From an uncultured SAR86 cluster bacterium (GTDB taxonomy: Bacteria > Pseudomonadota > Gammaproteobacteria > Magnimaribacterales > D2472): 64,000 nt of DNA. Numbering within the stretch: the stretch's first letter is position 1; every line of letters starts with the position of its first letter. The notes beneath the pieces were generated by a model. The model searched no databases. It saw nothing but the letters and a program-made list of their open reading frames with translations, and was not told where the DNA came from. Shown here one piece after another: positions 39,413-48,566 of this stretch. The DNA lies in contig CACECK010000001.1 in assembly GCA_902557965.1 (NCBI GenBank), forward strand, positions 90,348 to 154,347. Direction: 5' to 3'. The translations under genes were made by a program, and so were the position numbers.

Positions 39413-39649
39413 TTAAACTTTTTCGCCGCGAGCTCTTATTTCTCTGAGAACTTGACTGATGCCTTTTTTGTCAATGATACGCATACCTTTTGCTGACACC
39501 TTTAGATTAACAAATCTGTTCTCAGATTCTACCCAAAACTTGTGGGTATGCAGATTGGGAAAAAATTTTCTTTTTGTTCTATTGTTAGCGTGAGAAACAT
39601 TATTCCCAGACTGAGGTATTTTTCCTGTTACTTGACACTTTTTACTCAT
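39413..39649 (-). CDS. rpmB: 50S ribosomal protein L28
   Basis: [34 protein letters not shown] is canonical L28. Confidence 0.95.
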   Translation of the reverse strand: MSKKCQVTGKIPQSGNNVSHANNRTKRKFFPNLHTHKFWVESENRFVNLKVSAKGMRIIDKKGISQVLREIRARGEKV

Positions 39650-39704
39650 AGAAACGCGATTTTATAGAACAGAAGCATACTTATCAATACTATAATCAAT
39701 TTAT

Positions 39705-40214
39705 ATGAAACAAATTTATATCCTAAGGCATGCTAAATCATCCTGGGACAACACCAACCTAAGTGATTTTGATAGGCCTTTGTCTAAAAGAGGAATAAAT
39801 GATGCAGTCAAATTAGGCAAATTTATATTAGCCAACAAAATTAGAGTATCTAATGTTATTTGCAGTAACGCCAGGAGAACAAAAGATACATTTGATTTGA
39901 TCTCAAAGGACCTTGATTTTTCAATTGAAAAAGTAATATATACAGATGGTCTATATTATGGCGAACCTTATAAAATTATTGAAATGATAAAAAATCTTGA
40001 TGAAAAAGATTTAAGTGTTTTGATAGTTGGTCATAATCCAACTCTACATATGCTTATTGAAAAACTTACAAATAAATTTATTCATAAATTTGCAACATGC
40101 AATTTAGCAAAAATTACTTCTGAAAATACATGGAAAGATACTTCATTTGGATCTTGTGAGTTAAAATCATTAACCAAACCAAAGGAAATAAAAATTGAAA
40201 AATATCAAAATTAA
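39705..40214 (+). CDS. sixA: phosphohistidine phosphatase SixA
   Basis: Histidine-phosphatase motif ILRHAKS and VGHNP. About 165 aa. Confidence 0.8.
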   Translation: MKQIYILRHAKSSWDNTNLSDFDRPLSKRGINDAVKLGKFILANKIRVSNVICSNARRTKDTFDLISKDLDFSIEKVIYTDGLYYGEPYKIIEMIKNLDEKDLSVLIVGHNPTLHMLIEKLTNKFIHKFATCNLAKITSENTWKDTSFGSCELKSLTKPKEIKIEKYQN

Positions 40215-40650
40215 AATACTAAATCCACTTATAAATGAGTCAATACCTCTTCCAGAATATAAAACAGATGGCTCTGCTGGTATGGATTTAAGAGCCTGTA
40301 TAGATAGCGAATTAACATTAAAATCTAATTGTACTGAGATGATCCCAATTGGGTTTGCAATGTATCTAGAGGATCCTGGTTTGGCTGCTTTAGTAGTTCC
40401 TAGATCTGGCCTTGGGTCTAGGCACGGAATTGTCCTGGGTAATTTAGTTGGCTTAATAGATTCTGATTATCAGGGAGAATTAATGGTTCCTGCCTGGAAT
40501 AGGTCTGATGAAGATTTTGTAATAAAACCAGGAGATAGGATTGCCCAAATGATTATAGTCCCTGTTGCTCAAGTTAATTTTGAGACTGTAGATGATTTTG
40601 AGATGACTAAAAGAGGAGAGAAAGGATTTGGAAGTTCTGGTATTAACTAG
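40195..40650 (+). CDS. dut: dUTP diphosphatase
   Basis: [25 protein letters not shown] and C-terminal [10 protein letters not shown]. 20-nt overlap with sixA. Confidence 0.95.
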   Translation: MKNIKIKILNPLINESIPLPEYKTDGSAGMDLRACIDSELTLKSNCTEMIPIGFAMYLEDPGLAALVVPRSGLGSRHGIVLGNLVGLIDSDYQGELMVPAWNRSDEDFVIKPGDRIAQMIIVPVAQVNFETVDDFEMTKRGEKGFGSSGIN

Positions 40651-40655
40651 AAGTG

Positions 40656-40898
40656 TTATTTTTTACCGAATCTTTCTTCAAATTTTTGTACTCTACCGCC
40701 AGAGTCGATAATTTTTTGTTTGCCTGTGTAGAAAGGATGAGAAGAAGATGAAATTTCAACCTGATAGTATGGATAAGTTTTTCCATCATGCTCTTTAGTT
40801 TGAGAAGTGTTCAGTGTTGAATTAATAATAAAATATTCATCCACACTTGTATCGTGGAACAGAACTTCACGGTATTCAGGATGTATATCTTTTTTCAT
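40656..40898 (-). CDS. rpmE2: 50S ribosomal protein L31, type B (no zinc ribbon)
   Basis: MKKDIHPEY...HPFYTGKQK...[13 protein letters not shown]. There are no Cys residues, so the CxxC motifs of type A are absent. Divergent from priA, as E. coli rpmE is. Confidence 0.9.
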   Translation of the reverse strand: MKKDIHPEYREVLFHDTSVDEYFIINSTLNTSQTKEHDGKTYPYYQVEISSSSHPFYTGKQKIIDSGGRVQKFEERFGKK

Positions 40899-40956
40899 AA
40901 TAAAATTAATTTAGGATGAGAACTATATCAAAAATAAAACCCATTACAATTAAAAA

Positions 40957-42942
40957 ATGAATATTTTTTACTATGATATTGCTGTAAATGTTCCTCTGAG
41001 AAAGTGCTTTACTTATAAATCAAATACAAAAATTCCAGTTGGTACCAGAGTGCAAGTTAGCTTCGGGACAAAAAAAGTCTTAGGTATTGTTATAAGAAAG
41101 CTAAAAAAAATTAATCCACAGATCAAGAAAAATACCATTAAAGATGCAATACCAATTGATGAACATAAATGTTTTGATAAATCCACTTTTGATTCTGTGC
41201 TGTGGGCATCAGAATATTATCATCATCCAATTGGAGAAGTATTTTTCTCATTTATTCCAACTATCCTAAGGAAAGATGCTTCAAAAAAAATTACTCGTAT
41301 AAAAACTAAAATAAATTATTCAATTAATGAAGCAGATAAGTCTTTTGAATTAAACGATGAGCAAAAAAAAGCAATCAATAACATTTCAAAAATTAAGGGA
41401 TTTGATCCCTCTTTATTATATGGAGTTACTGGATCTGGTAAAACAGAGGTTTATTTGCGCTTAACTGAAAATTACATTAAGAAAGATAAATCAGTCTTAA
41501 TTCTCGTTCCAGAAATTAATTTAACACCTCAGCTAATCAATCGTTTTAAAAATAGGTTTAATGGTGAAATAGGGGTGTTCCATTCCAATTTAACACCTAA
41601 AAAAAGATTTGAGACTTGGTTAAAATCAAAATTTGGCGTAATTAAAATTGTTATTGGCACAAGGTCATCTATCATGATGCCTTTAGATGAATTGGGATTA
41701 ATTATTGTTGATGAAGAACATGATCAGTCATATCGTCAATCGGAAGGCTTTAAATTTTCAGCTAGAGATATGGCTATCAAAAGATCACAAATCGAAAATA
41801 TTCCATTGATTCTTGGCTCTGCAACACCATCACTTCAAACCTTAAAATTAGTTTCTGAAAAAAAATTTAAAAAATTTGAAATTCTAAAAAGGACTGACGG
41901 CAAAAGCCCGCCTAAATTAATTGCTTTGGATATTAATAATTCAGAATTAATTGAAGGTATCGCTGAAGAGAGTATGACAGCAATAGAAAAAACAATCAGC
42001 AAAGGTGAACAAGCTCTAGTTTTTATTAACAGAAGAGGTTTTGCACCATTATCTGAATGCGCAGACTGTGGTTGGGTGGCATCTTGTAAATTATGTGATT
42101 CAAATTTAGTATTTCATAAATCTAAAAATAGATTAATTTGCCATAAATGTGAGTCTGTTTTTAAAGTTTCTAAAGCTTGTCCTGAATGTAATTCATCTAA
42201 AATAGAAACACATGGATTGGGAACTGAAAAAATAGAGGAAGTTTTAAAATCAAAATTTGTAAACATTCCAATCATAAGATTTGATCACGACTCAACAAAG
42301 AGGAAAGGATCACTAGAAGAGATATACTCACAAATTCATGAGAGCAGAGCAGCAATATTAGTTGGAACACAAATGCTCACCAAAGGACATGATTTTCCAA
42401 GAGTAACTATGTGTGTAATATTAAATGCTGACAATGGATTAATTAGTCCTGAGCTCAATGCCATAGAAAAAATATCCCAACAACTAATTCAGGTGTCAGG
42501 AAGAGCTGGAAGAAATAACAATTTAGCGAAGGTCATCATACAAACAAGATATCCTGATGACTTAAATCTAAAAAAAATTAAAACGGGTAATTACAAATTG
42601 ATTGCAGATCAATGCCTAGAAAACAGTAAATTAAAAAACTTTCCACCATATTCAAGCATTTGTTTATTGAGATGCACTTCTCCAAATTCAAACAATTGCC
42701 TAAATTTTCTAAATAGAGCTCATCAAATTTTAAAAAGTAAAAACAAACTGAATGCTATTGGGCCTCTTCCGTCAATTCCGTCAAAAGTCAAAGGAAATTC
42801 AAGATTTCATTTAGTTCTTCAATCTTCAACTAAGACATATTTAAATAGGGTTTTAAAATTCTTAATAAATGAGTTCGAAAATTGGCCAGAGGCAAAAAAA
42901 ATTAAATGGTCATTTGATATAGACCCTTATGACATGTCTTAA
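40957..42942 (+). CDS. priA: primosomal replication-restart helicase PriA
   Basis: Walker A GVTGSGKTEVY, DEEHD, and a Cys-rich insertion CADCG...CKLCD...CHKCES...CPECN. Confidence 0.9.
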   Translation: MNIFYYDIAVNVPLRKCFTYKSNTKIPVGTRVQVSFGTKKVLGIVIRKLKKINPQIKKNTIKDAIPIDEHKCFDKSTFDSVLWASEYYHHPIGEVFFSFIPTILRKDASKKITRIKTKINYSINEADKSFELNDEQKKAINNISKIKGFDPSLLYGVTGSGKTEVYLRLTENYIKKDKSVLILVPEINLTPQLINRFKNRFNGEIGVFHSNLTPKKRFETWLKSKFGVIKIVIGTRSSIMMPLDELGLIIVDEEHDQSYRQSEGFKFSARDMAIKRSQIENIPLILGSATPSLQTLKLVSEKKFKKFEILKRTDGKSPPKLIALDINNSELIEGIAEESMTAIEKTISKGEQALVFINRRGFAPLSECADCGWVASCKLCDSNLVFHKSKNRLICHKCESVFKVSKACPECNSSKIETHGLGTEKIEEVLKSKFVNIPIIRFDHDSTKRKGSLEEIYSQIHESRAAILVGTQMLTKGHDFPRVTMCVILNADNGLISPELNAIEKISQQLIQVSGRAGRNNNLAKVIIQTRYPDDLNLKKIKTGNYKLIADQCLENSKLKNFPPYSSICLLRCTSPNSNNCLNFLNRAHQILKSKNKLNAIGPLPSIPSKVKGNSRFHLVLQSSTKTYLNRVLKFLINEFENWPEAKKIKWSFDIDPYDMS

Positions 42943-44192
42943 ATATTTATTTTTAGAATTTGACCAGGAAAAATTGGTTGCCCATTAAGATTATTTAATT
43001 TAATGATTGAATCAACTGTAACACCAAATCTAATTGATATTTCGGACAGCACATCTCCTTTTTGAATCTCATACAGAACCATATCCGGATTCATCTCTAT
43101 TGTTGTATTAGAAATTGGTTCTTGCTTAAAGTAGTTATGAATTCCTAAGAAAATAGATCTAGCAATCATTCTCCTGCCAGCCTTACCTTTTAATCTTGCG
43201 GCATCTTCTGGATTTGTGATAAATCCAGACTCAACTAGTACAGAAGGTATGTCAACAGACTTTAAAACTCTAAAATCAGCATATTCAACATTTTGTTTGT
43301 GTATTTTGGTATATGGATCTCTTTTAAGTTGCTCCAAAATTTTTGTACCTAGGATTTGGCTTTGATCAATTTTATTTTTATACATTTCTGGATAATTGTT
43401 TCGAGCTCTATCTTCATTGAAATCATCATCTTTTAAATTTTTAATATCGGCTTGTATTCGTTTTCTTTGTTTTTCAGATAAATTTCTTGCAACAGTGCTA
43501 GATGCTTCATCAGACCATATGAAAACAGATGCTCCTTTAACAGATTCAAGCCTAAAACCGTCAGCATGAATTGAGATAAATGCATCCGCACCTTTTTTTC
43601 TGGCTTCTTGGTACCTGCTATTCAAATCAATGGTTTCATCATTTGACCTAATCATTACTGGATAATACCCAGAGGTATCTCTGAGCGTTCGCTCAAGCTC
43701 TTTTGCAATTAAAAGAGTTACGTCTTTTTCGAGTATATTATTTGGACCCACTGCTCCAGGATATTTTCCTCCGTGGCCAGCATCAATAGCGATAACAATA
43801 TCTCTAATGCTATTTTCTAAATTTTTTATTCTTTTTGTAACTAAGGTAAGCATTACTCCATTTTTAGTTTGAACTTGAGTTGGCTTTTCCCAAAAAATAT
43901 TTTCATATAGATCAATAACTATTCTTGAAGTATCTCCCTCTGATATCGATCTTATTTTTTTAATTGGATAGTTATAGGAAATATTAATATCCTCTTTTAA
44001 TTTTGTGTCGTAAACATCCAGCACTAATCTAGATGGGTTATTTAATGAGTATGATTTTACTAAAGAGACTTTTTCTAACAAAAAAGATATTTCAACACTC
44101 TTGTCATCCTTTTCTATTACTTCATTAAAAGTTAGCTCATTTGAATTAACAAAAGAAATAAATAAAAAGCTTATTAAAGACAATCTATACAT
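42939..44192 (-). CDS. amiB: N-acetylmuramoyl-L-alanine amidase with AMIN and LysM domains
   Basis: Amidase_3 motifs IAIDAGHGGK and SIHADG. C-terminal LysM (YEIQKGDVLSEISIRFGVTVDSIIKLNNL). It follows tsaE, as amiB does in E. coli. Confidence 0.85.
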   Translation of the reverse strand: MYRLSLISFLFISFVNSNELTFNEVIEKDDKSVEISFLLEKVSLVKSYSLNNPSRLVLDVYDTKLKEDINISYNYPIKKIRSISEGDTSRIVIDLYENIFWEKPTQVQTKNGVMLTLVTKRIKNLENSIRDIVIAIDAGHGGKYPGAVGPNNILEKDVTLLIAKELERTLRDTSGYYPVMIRSNDETIDLNSRYQEARKKGADAFISIHADGFRLESVKGASVFIWSDEASSTVARNLSEKQRKRIQADIKNLKDDDFNEDRARNNYPEMYKNKIDQSQILGTKILEQLKRDPYTKIHKQNVEYADFRVLKSVDIPSVLVESGFITNPEDAARLKGKAGRRMIARSIFLGIHNYFKQEPISNTTIEMNPDMVLYEIQKGDVLSEISIRFGVTVDSIIKLNNLNGQPIFPGQILKINI

Positions 44193-44646
44193 TATTTTTA
44201 TCTAATCCCAAAAATATATTATTTTTAATATTAAAACTTGCTTCTCGAGATTTATCTAGATGTTCTAAGTTTATTTTCATATCATATGGTCTTGGTTCTT
44301 TTAGTTTTTCTGGCCACTCAATAATTATAATTTTCTTTCCATTTATTTTTCGATCTAAATTAAAAATTAATATGTCCTCAGCTTCATTTGTTCGATACAA
44401 ATCAATATGCAGAAACAGCAAGTTATTAAATTCGTACTCTTCGCATAAAGTATAGGTTGGGCTTTTTACATTTCTGCTCCATCCAGAATTTTTTAGGATT
44501 GATTTAGTAAGAAATGTTTTCCCAGTTCCCAGATCTCCATTAAGATGGATTTCAATAACATCAAAACTAGATTTCAATAATATATTTGCAATATTCTTAC
44601 CCAGAATATTTGTCGCTGAATCATCTTTAAGTATCAAATTATTCAT
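44185..44646 (-). CDS. tsaE: tRNA t6A37 biosynthesis ATPase TsaE
   Basis: P-loop GDLGTGKTFLTK and SPTYTL. Lies in the yjeF-yjeE-amiB context. Confidence 0.85.
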   Translation of the reverse strand: MNNLILKDDSATNILGKNIANILLKSSFDVIEIHLNGDLGTGKTFLTKSILKNSGWSRNVKSPTYTLCEEYEFNNLLFLHIDLYRTNEAEDILIFNLDRKINGKKIIIIEWPEKLKEPRPYDMKINLEHLDKSREASFNIKNNIFLGLDKNNV

Positions 44647-45466
44647 TTAAAAGATCTCTCGATATTGATATTAGAGATGAGGCATTTAAACCAATTTCAC
44701 CTGTATCTTGTTTAAATATTTTTCCTGCTCTTGAGTGAACTGCAACAGCAAGAATGCAACTATCGAGGATTCCCATGCCCTGTGCAATCAATGATGACAA
44801 GATACCTGCTAGCACATCACCAGTTCCTCCTGATGCAAGCTCAGGACCTCCTTCAGAACAAATAAAAATTCCATCTCTATCATTTGAAGCTATCAAAGTC
44901 CCATTACCTTTTAGTATCACGTGTGCATTATATTTTTTTGCAATGTTCTTTATAGAACTAACTCGATCTTTTTGAACTTCTTCAGCACTAATATTAAGAA
45001 GTTCACCAGCCTCGCCTGGATGAGGCGTTAATACTAAATTTTCAAATTTACAACATTCTTTTTTATAAAAATCCTCAAAAAAATTAAGGACTCCAGCATC
45101 TAAAATTACATTTTTAAAATTGGCTGTTTTAAGGCAATTCTGAAAAGAATTATATGCCCACTTATCATTTTTAAGCCCTGGACCAAAAAGAAGTGTATTA
45201 ATTTTTTGCATTGATAAATCGCTACCAATTCCTGAGCACATCACTTCAGGGTTTCTTTCTAGGCTTGCTTGAATATTTGTATTGTGCGTTTGAAGATTTA
45301 TAAGACCAGCTCCACAATATAGAGCTGCTTCAGACGAAAGAATTGCAGCTCCGCCCATTCCTTCAGAGCCCCCAACTACGAGTAATCTCCCAAAATCTCC
45401 TTTATGTGAATTCTCATCCCTTTTAGGAACCTTTATTTTAATTGAATCAAAATTAAATTCATTCAT
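44639..45466 (-). CDS. nnrD: ADP-dependent NAD(P)H-hydrate dehydratase (YjeF C-terminal domain only)
   Basis: HKGDFGRLLVVGGSEGMGGAAIL and GGTGDVLAG. No N-terminal epimerase domain is present. Confidence 0.85.
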   Translation of the reverse strand: MNEFNFDSIKIKVPKRDENSHKGDFGRLLVVGGSEGMGGAAILSSEAALYCGAGLINLQTHNTNIQASLERNPEVMCSGIGSDLSMQKINTLLFGPGLKNDKWAYNSFQNCLKTANFKNVILDAGVLNFFEDFYKKECCKFENLVLTPHPGEAGELLNISAEEVQKDRVSSIKNIAKKYNAHVILKGNGTLIASNDRDGIFICSEGGPELASGGTGDVLAGILSSLIAQGMGILDSCILAVAVHSRAGKIFKQDTGEIGLNASSLISISRDLLNE

Positions 45467-45476
45467 ACAAGAATTA

Positions 45477-46844
45477 TTATTTTTTAATTATGCCCAATCT
45501 ATCTGAATGGAAGGATCCAATATAAATATTTTCATCAATTGGGACTGCAACTGTAGGCAATCCAAAAACAGTTTTACTATAAGAGTATATATTTTTTGAT
45601 TCCAAAGATTCCTTATTTAATTCATGAATTGAAAAAGGAAGTGAGCATGCAACTCTATCCACACAGTCTCCCGCATCATTTGGCTGAAAGTTTAATGCAG
45701 TTATCCATATTGATTCATTCTTAATAAATGGATTATCAGGTGATTGAATAAAGGCGCTACCAATTTTTGTGCTTGATGATAGATCAAAAGCTGTGAGATT
45801 GTCTCCTTGGTTGTAGCTTATATAGATAATATTTTTATCTTCTTCTAAAACAATTCCATTTGGACCACTTCCATCTGAATTAGGCACTTTAGAAAAAGAG
45901 TTGTTTTCCCATTTCACTAAATATCCAGAGTTACTTTTTAACAAAGAAGTTATAAGCCATTTATTCATTGTTATTTCTCTGTCATACATATGAGTAGCAT
46001 AAAAACTTCCATCTTTTTTAAGGCTTATATCATTGAAATACAGATTATCTGGAACATTGACACAACCCCTCCAATAAAATTTCCACGCATCATTTTCTTT
46101 TAGCAACTCAAACATCTCAACAGTTTCATTAGGATAATGACTAATCACACCAAGCTGATATCTTCCATCATTTCTTTTTATTAGATCTATTCCATGTGGC
46201 CCATAATTATCTGAGTTTTCTCTTTTGCAAGTTAAATCACCCCATATATTTTTTTCAATAGAAATTATTGGAACTATTCTCTCATTTGTTGCTAGATTCA
46301 TAAGTGCAAAATAGCCAGGCTCGATTTCTACATAGGGCCCAACACCTCCCATTTCAGAAATTAGCAAATATTCTTCATCTGGAGTTATAACAATATCTTC
46401 AGGATTTTTAAAACCACAAACTAATTGTATTTCAAGATCAGATTCACATGCACTAATGTCTTTTTGTGGCCCAATATAATCTGACAATACTATTAAAAAA
46501 GATATAAAGATAAAAAATATTGAGAAGGGGATAGATATTTTGAAATAATTATTCATGTATAAAGATAATAATTTCTTTACAGAATCAAGAAAAAATATAA
46601 CTACAAGACCTCTTATTGCTAAAACAATACCCAACGTAAGAGTGGTTATTGCCCACACTCTTTCATACCAGAATTCATTTTGAACACCAAAATAAATACA
46701 CAAACAACCAATAAGAAAAGTAAAGCTACCAGTTTTTCTTAAACTAGTTGAATTTAAAACCCATTTGCCAATGATGCTTGTGAAAGGCTTAATCAGAATT
46801 AGTATTGAAAGAAGTAAAAAAAAGAAAAAGTAAAAGTAATTCAT
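45477..46844 (-). CDS. polytopic membrane anchor fused to a paraoxonase (PON)/arylesterase-like six-bladed beta-propeller
   Basis: About 125 aa with about 4 hydrophobic helices. The propeller then shows blockwise resemblance to mammalian PON1: NPEDIVI (PON GSEDLEI); YGPHGIDL...ISHYPNETVEMFEL (PON FNPHGIS...VNHPDAKSTVELFKF); GPNGIVL (FANGINI); and C-terminal IYIGSFHSDRLG (LLIGTVFHKALY). Confidence 0.6.
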   Translation of the reverse strand: MNYFYFFFFLLLSILILIKPFTSIIGKWVLNSTSLRKTGSFTFLIGCLCIYFGVQNEFWYERVWAITTLTLGIVLAIRGLVVIFFLDSVKKLLSLYMNNYFKISIPFSIFFIFISFLIVLSDYIGPQKDISACESDLEIQLVCGFKNPEDIVITPDEEYLLISEMGGVGPYVEIEPGYFALMNLATNERIVPIISIEKNIWGDLTCKRENSDNYGPHGIDLIKRNDGRYQLGVISHYPNETVEMFELLKENDAWKFYWRGCVNVPDNLYFNDISLKKDGSFYATHMYDREITMNKWLITSLLKSNSGYLVKWENNSFSKVPNSDGSGPNGIVLEEDKNIIYISYNQGDNLTAFDLSSSTKIGSAFIQSPDNPFIKNESIWITALNFQPNDAGDCVDRVACSLPFSIHELNKESLESKNIYSYSKTVFGLPTVAVPIDENIYIGSFHSDRLGIIKK

Positions 46845-46851
46845 TTAAAAC

Positions 46852-47742
46852 CTAAAATAAACGTTTTTTGATTATATCAATAATCTCTAAAGGTTTATCT
46901 AGAGGCACATGATGCGCAGCTTCATCAACTTTCTTAAAATCCATAATATCCGAATACATATTTTTTATATTTGGCAATATATTTCCACTCATCAATAAAC
47001 TTTCAGCACCATATATAAATAAAGTTGGGCAGTTGAAGCTAAATTTGTAGCCAAAAAGTCTTTCAAGACTATTGAACATTAAGTCATCAAATTTCCATCG
47101 CCATCCGTCTTGAGTTTCTTTTACAGAATATTCTGCAATATATCGAAGAAACCAGGTGTTATGACACGTTTGTTCTGGCATTAGTCTAAAGCGTTCCAAT
47201 ATAGTTATTTTTTCAGGATAATGTTTTATCTTCCTTAGTGGCCCACCTTCATGCTGAGAAGGATCGTAATCTGGAGGCCTTATAAAAGTATCTATCATTA
47301 TTAAACTTGTAACTAAATTCTTATTTTCTGATGCAACATATGCAGCAACTTGGCCGCCAAGAGAATGACCCACTATATAAATATTTTCGATGTTCATCTC
47401 AATTTTTTCCTTATCAATAATTGAAAAAATACACTTTCCAAAGTCTGTAATGCTATAAGTATCTCTGAAATCTGAGTCTCCCATACCAGGAAGATCTACT
47501 GCTATTACATTTGATTCATTTAAAAATTGCGGTGCAATAGGATCCCACCATTTTTTATGTGCGCCAGTACCATGAATGAAAATTAGAAGATTAGTTGAGT
47601 TATTTTTAGAAACCCATTTTGAATAGGATATTTTTCCATCTTTATCATTTATAGATTGTTCAGAGGGCTTAATATTAATTGATTCTTTGAACCAAGTGGG
47701 AGCATTTGATATATCATTTTTAAGATTGTCAGTAATCGTCAT
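46852..47742 (-). CDS. alpha/beta-fold hydrolase
   Basis: Oxyanion HGTGAH, nucleophile elbow GHSLGG and C-terminal His in EAAHHVP. Substrate unknown. Confidence 0.75.
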   Translation of the reverse strand: MTITDNLKNDISNAPTWFKESINIKPSEQSINDKDGKISYSKWVSKNNSTNLLIFIHGTGAHKKWWDPIAPQFLNESNVIAVDLPGMGDSDFRDTYSITDFGKCIFSIIDKEKIEMNIENIYIVGHSLGGQVAAYVASENKNLVTSLIMIDTFIRPPDYDPSQHEGGPLRKIKHYPEKITILERFRLMPEQTCHNTWFLRYIAEYSVKETQDGWRWKFDDLMFNSLERLFGYKFSFNCPTLFIYGAESLLMSGNILPNIKNMYSDIMDFKKVDEAAHHVPLDKPLEIIDIIKKRLF

Positions 47743-47774
47743 AGGAAGTATTCTAAGCTATATCAAGAAGATTT

Positions 47775-48566
47775 ATGAATAATATTTTAATACCAGCTGC
47801 TACTGTTTTGGTTCTTAGGGATTCTAAACAAGGAATGGAAGTTTTGATGGTCAAGAGATCTAAAAGACCTCCCTTTGGCAATCTTTATGTATTCCCAGGA
47901 GGAAAAATTGATGATCATGATCATTCTAGTGATTATGATAATTATTGTGATCGTCTAGATGATATTTCAGCTTCAGACAAACTTGGTATAAAAGATGGAG
48001 CTTTGAGTTATTGGATTGCTTGTATAAGGGAGTGCTTTGAGGAGGTTGGCATATTAATGGCAAGAAAGAAATCAGGAGAGTATCTAAATCTTAATGGAGA
48101 CGACAAAAAAAAATATGATATCTACAGGAAAAAATTAATCAATAATGAAATAAATTTATCTGACATTTGTAAAAAAGAAGAGTTAATTTTAACAACTAAT
48201 AACATTACTCCACTATCACATTGGATAACACCTAATATAGAAGCAAAAAGATTCGATACAAGATTTTTTATAGCATATCTTCCAAAGAATCAGACTGAAA
48301 GTCATGATGGAGAAGAACTAACACATAGCTTGTGGATTAATCCTAAAATAGCTTTAGAAAAAGCTTTCGCTGGAGAAATGCCAATGATTATGCCAACGAT
48401 TAAAAACCTAGAATCTTGTTTAGAATTTTTTAATGCAAAGGATATGCTTGACCATCAAATAAAGTTAAAAAAAGAAGATATACCATCGATACTACCAAAA
48501 TTTTTTAAAGAAAATGGTAATTGGGTTGGGCTTCTCCCAGGAGATGAAGGATATGATGATCGCTAA
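47775..48566 (+). CDS. Nudix hydrolase with an interrupted Nudix box (NUDT19-like)
   Basis: FPGGKIDD, then an insertion of about 40 aa, then IRECFEEVGIL (the REx2EExGU part of the Nudix box). 263 aa. Confidence 0.7.
   Translation: MNNILIPAATVLVLRDSKQGMEVLMVKRSKRPPFGNLYVFPGGKIDDHDHSSDYDNYCDRLDDISASDKLGIKDGALSYWIACIRECFEEVGILMARKKSGEYLNLNGDDKKKYDIYRKKLINNEINLSDICKKEELILTTNNITPLSHWITPNIEAKRFDTRFFIAYLPKNQTESHDGEELTHSLWINPKIALEKAFAGEMPMIMPTIKNLESCLEFFNAKDMLDHQIKLKKEDIPSILPKFFKENGNWVGLLPGDEGYDDR

Noticed and set aside
40899-40956. Zur box upstream of the type B L31 gene
   Set aside because: There is no palindrome resembling the TGTTATxxTATAACA-type operator. The absence is noted in the L31 finding rather than reported as a site.
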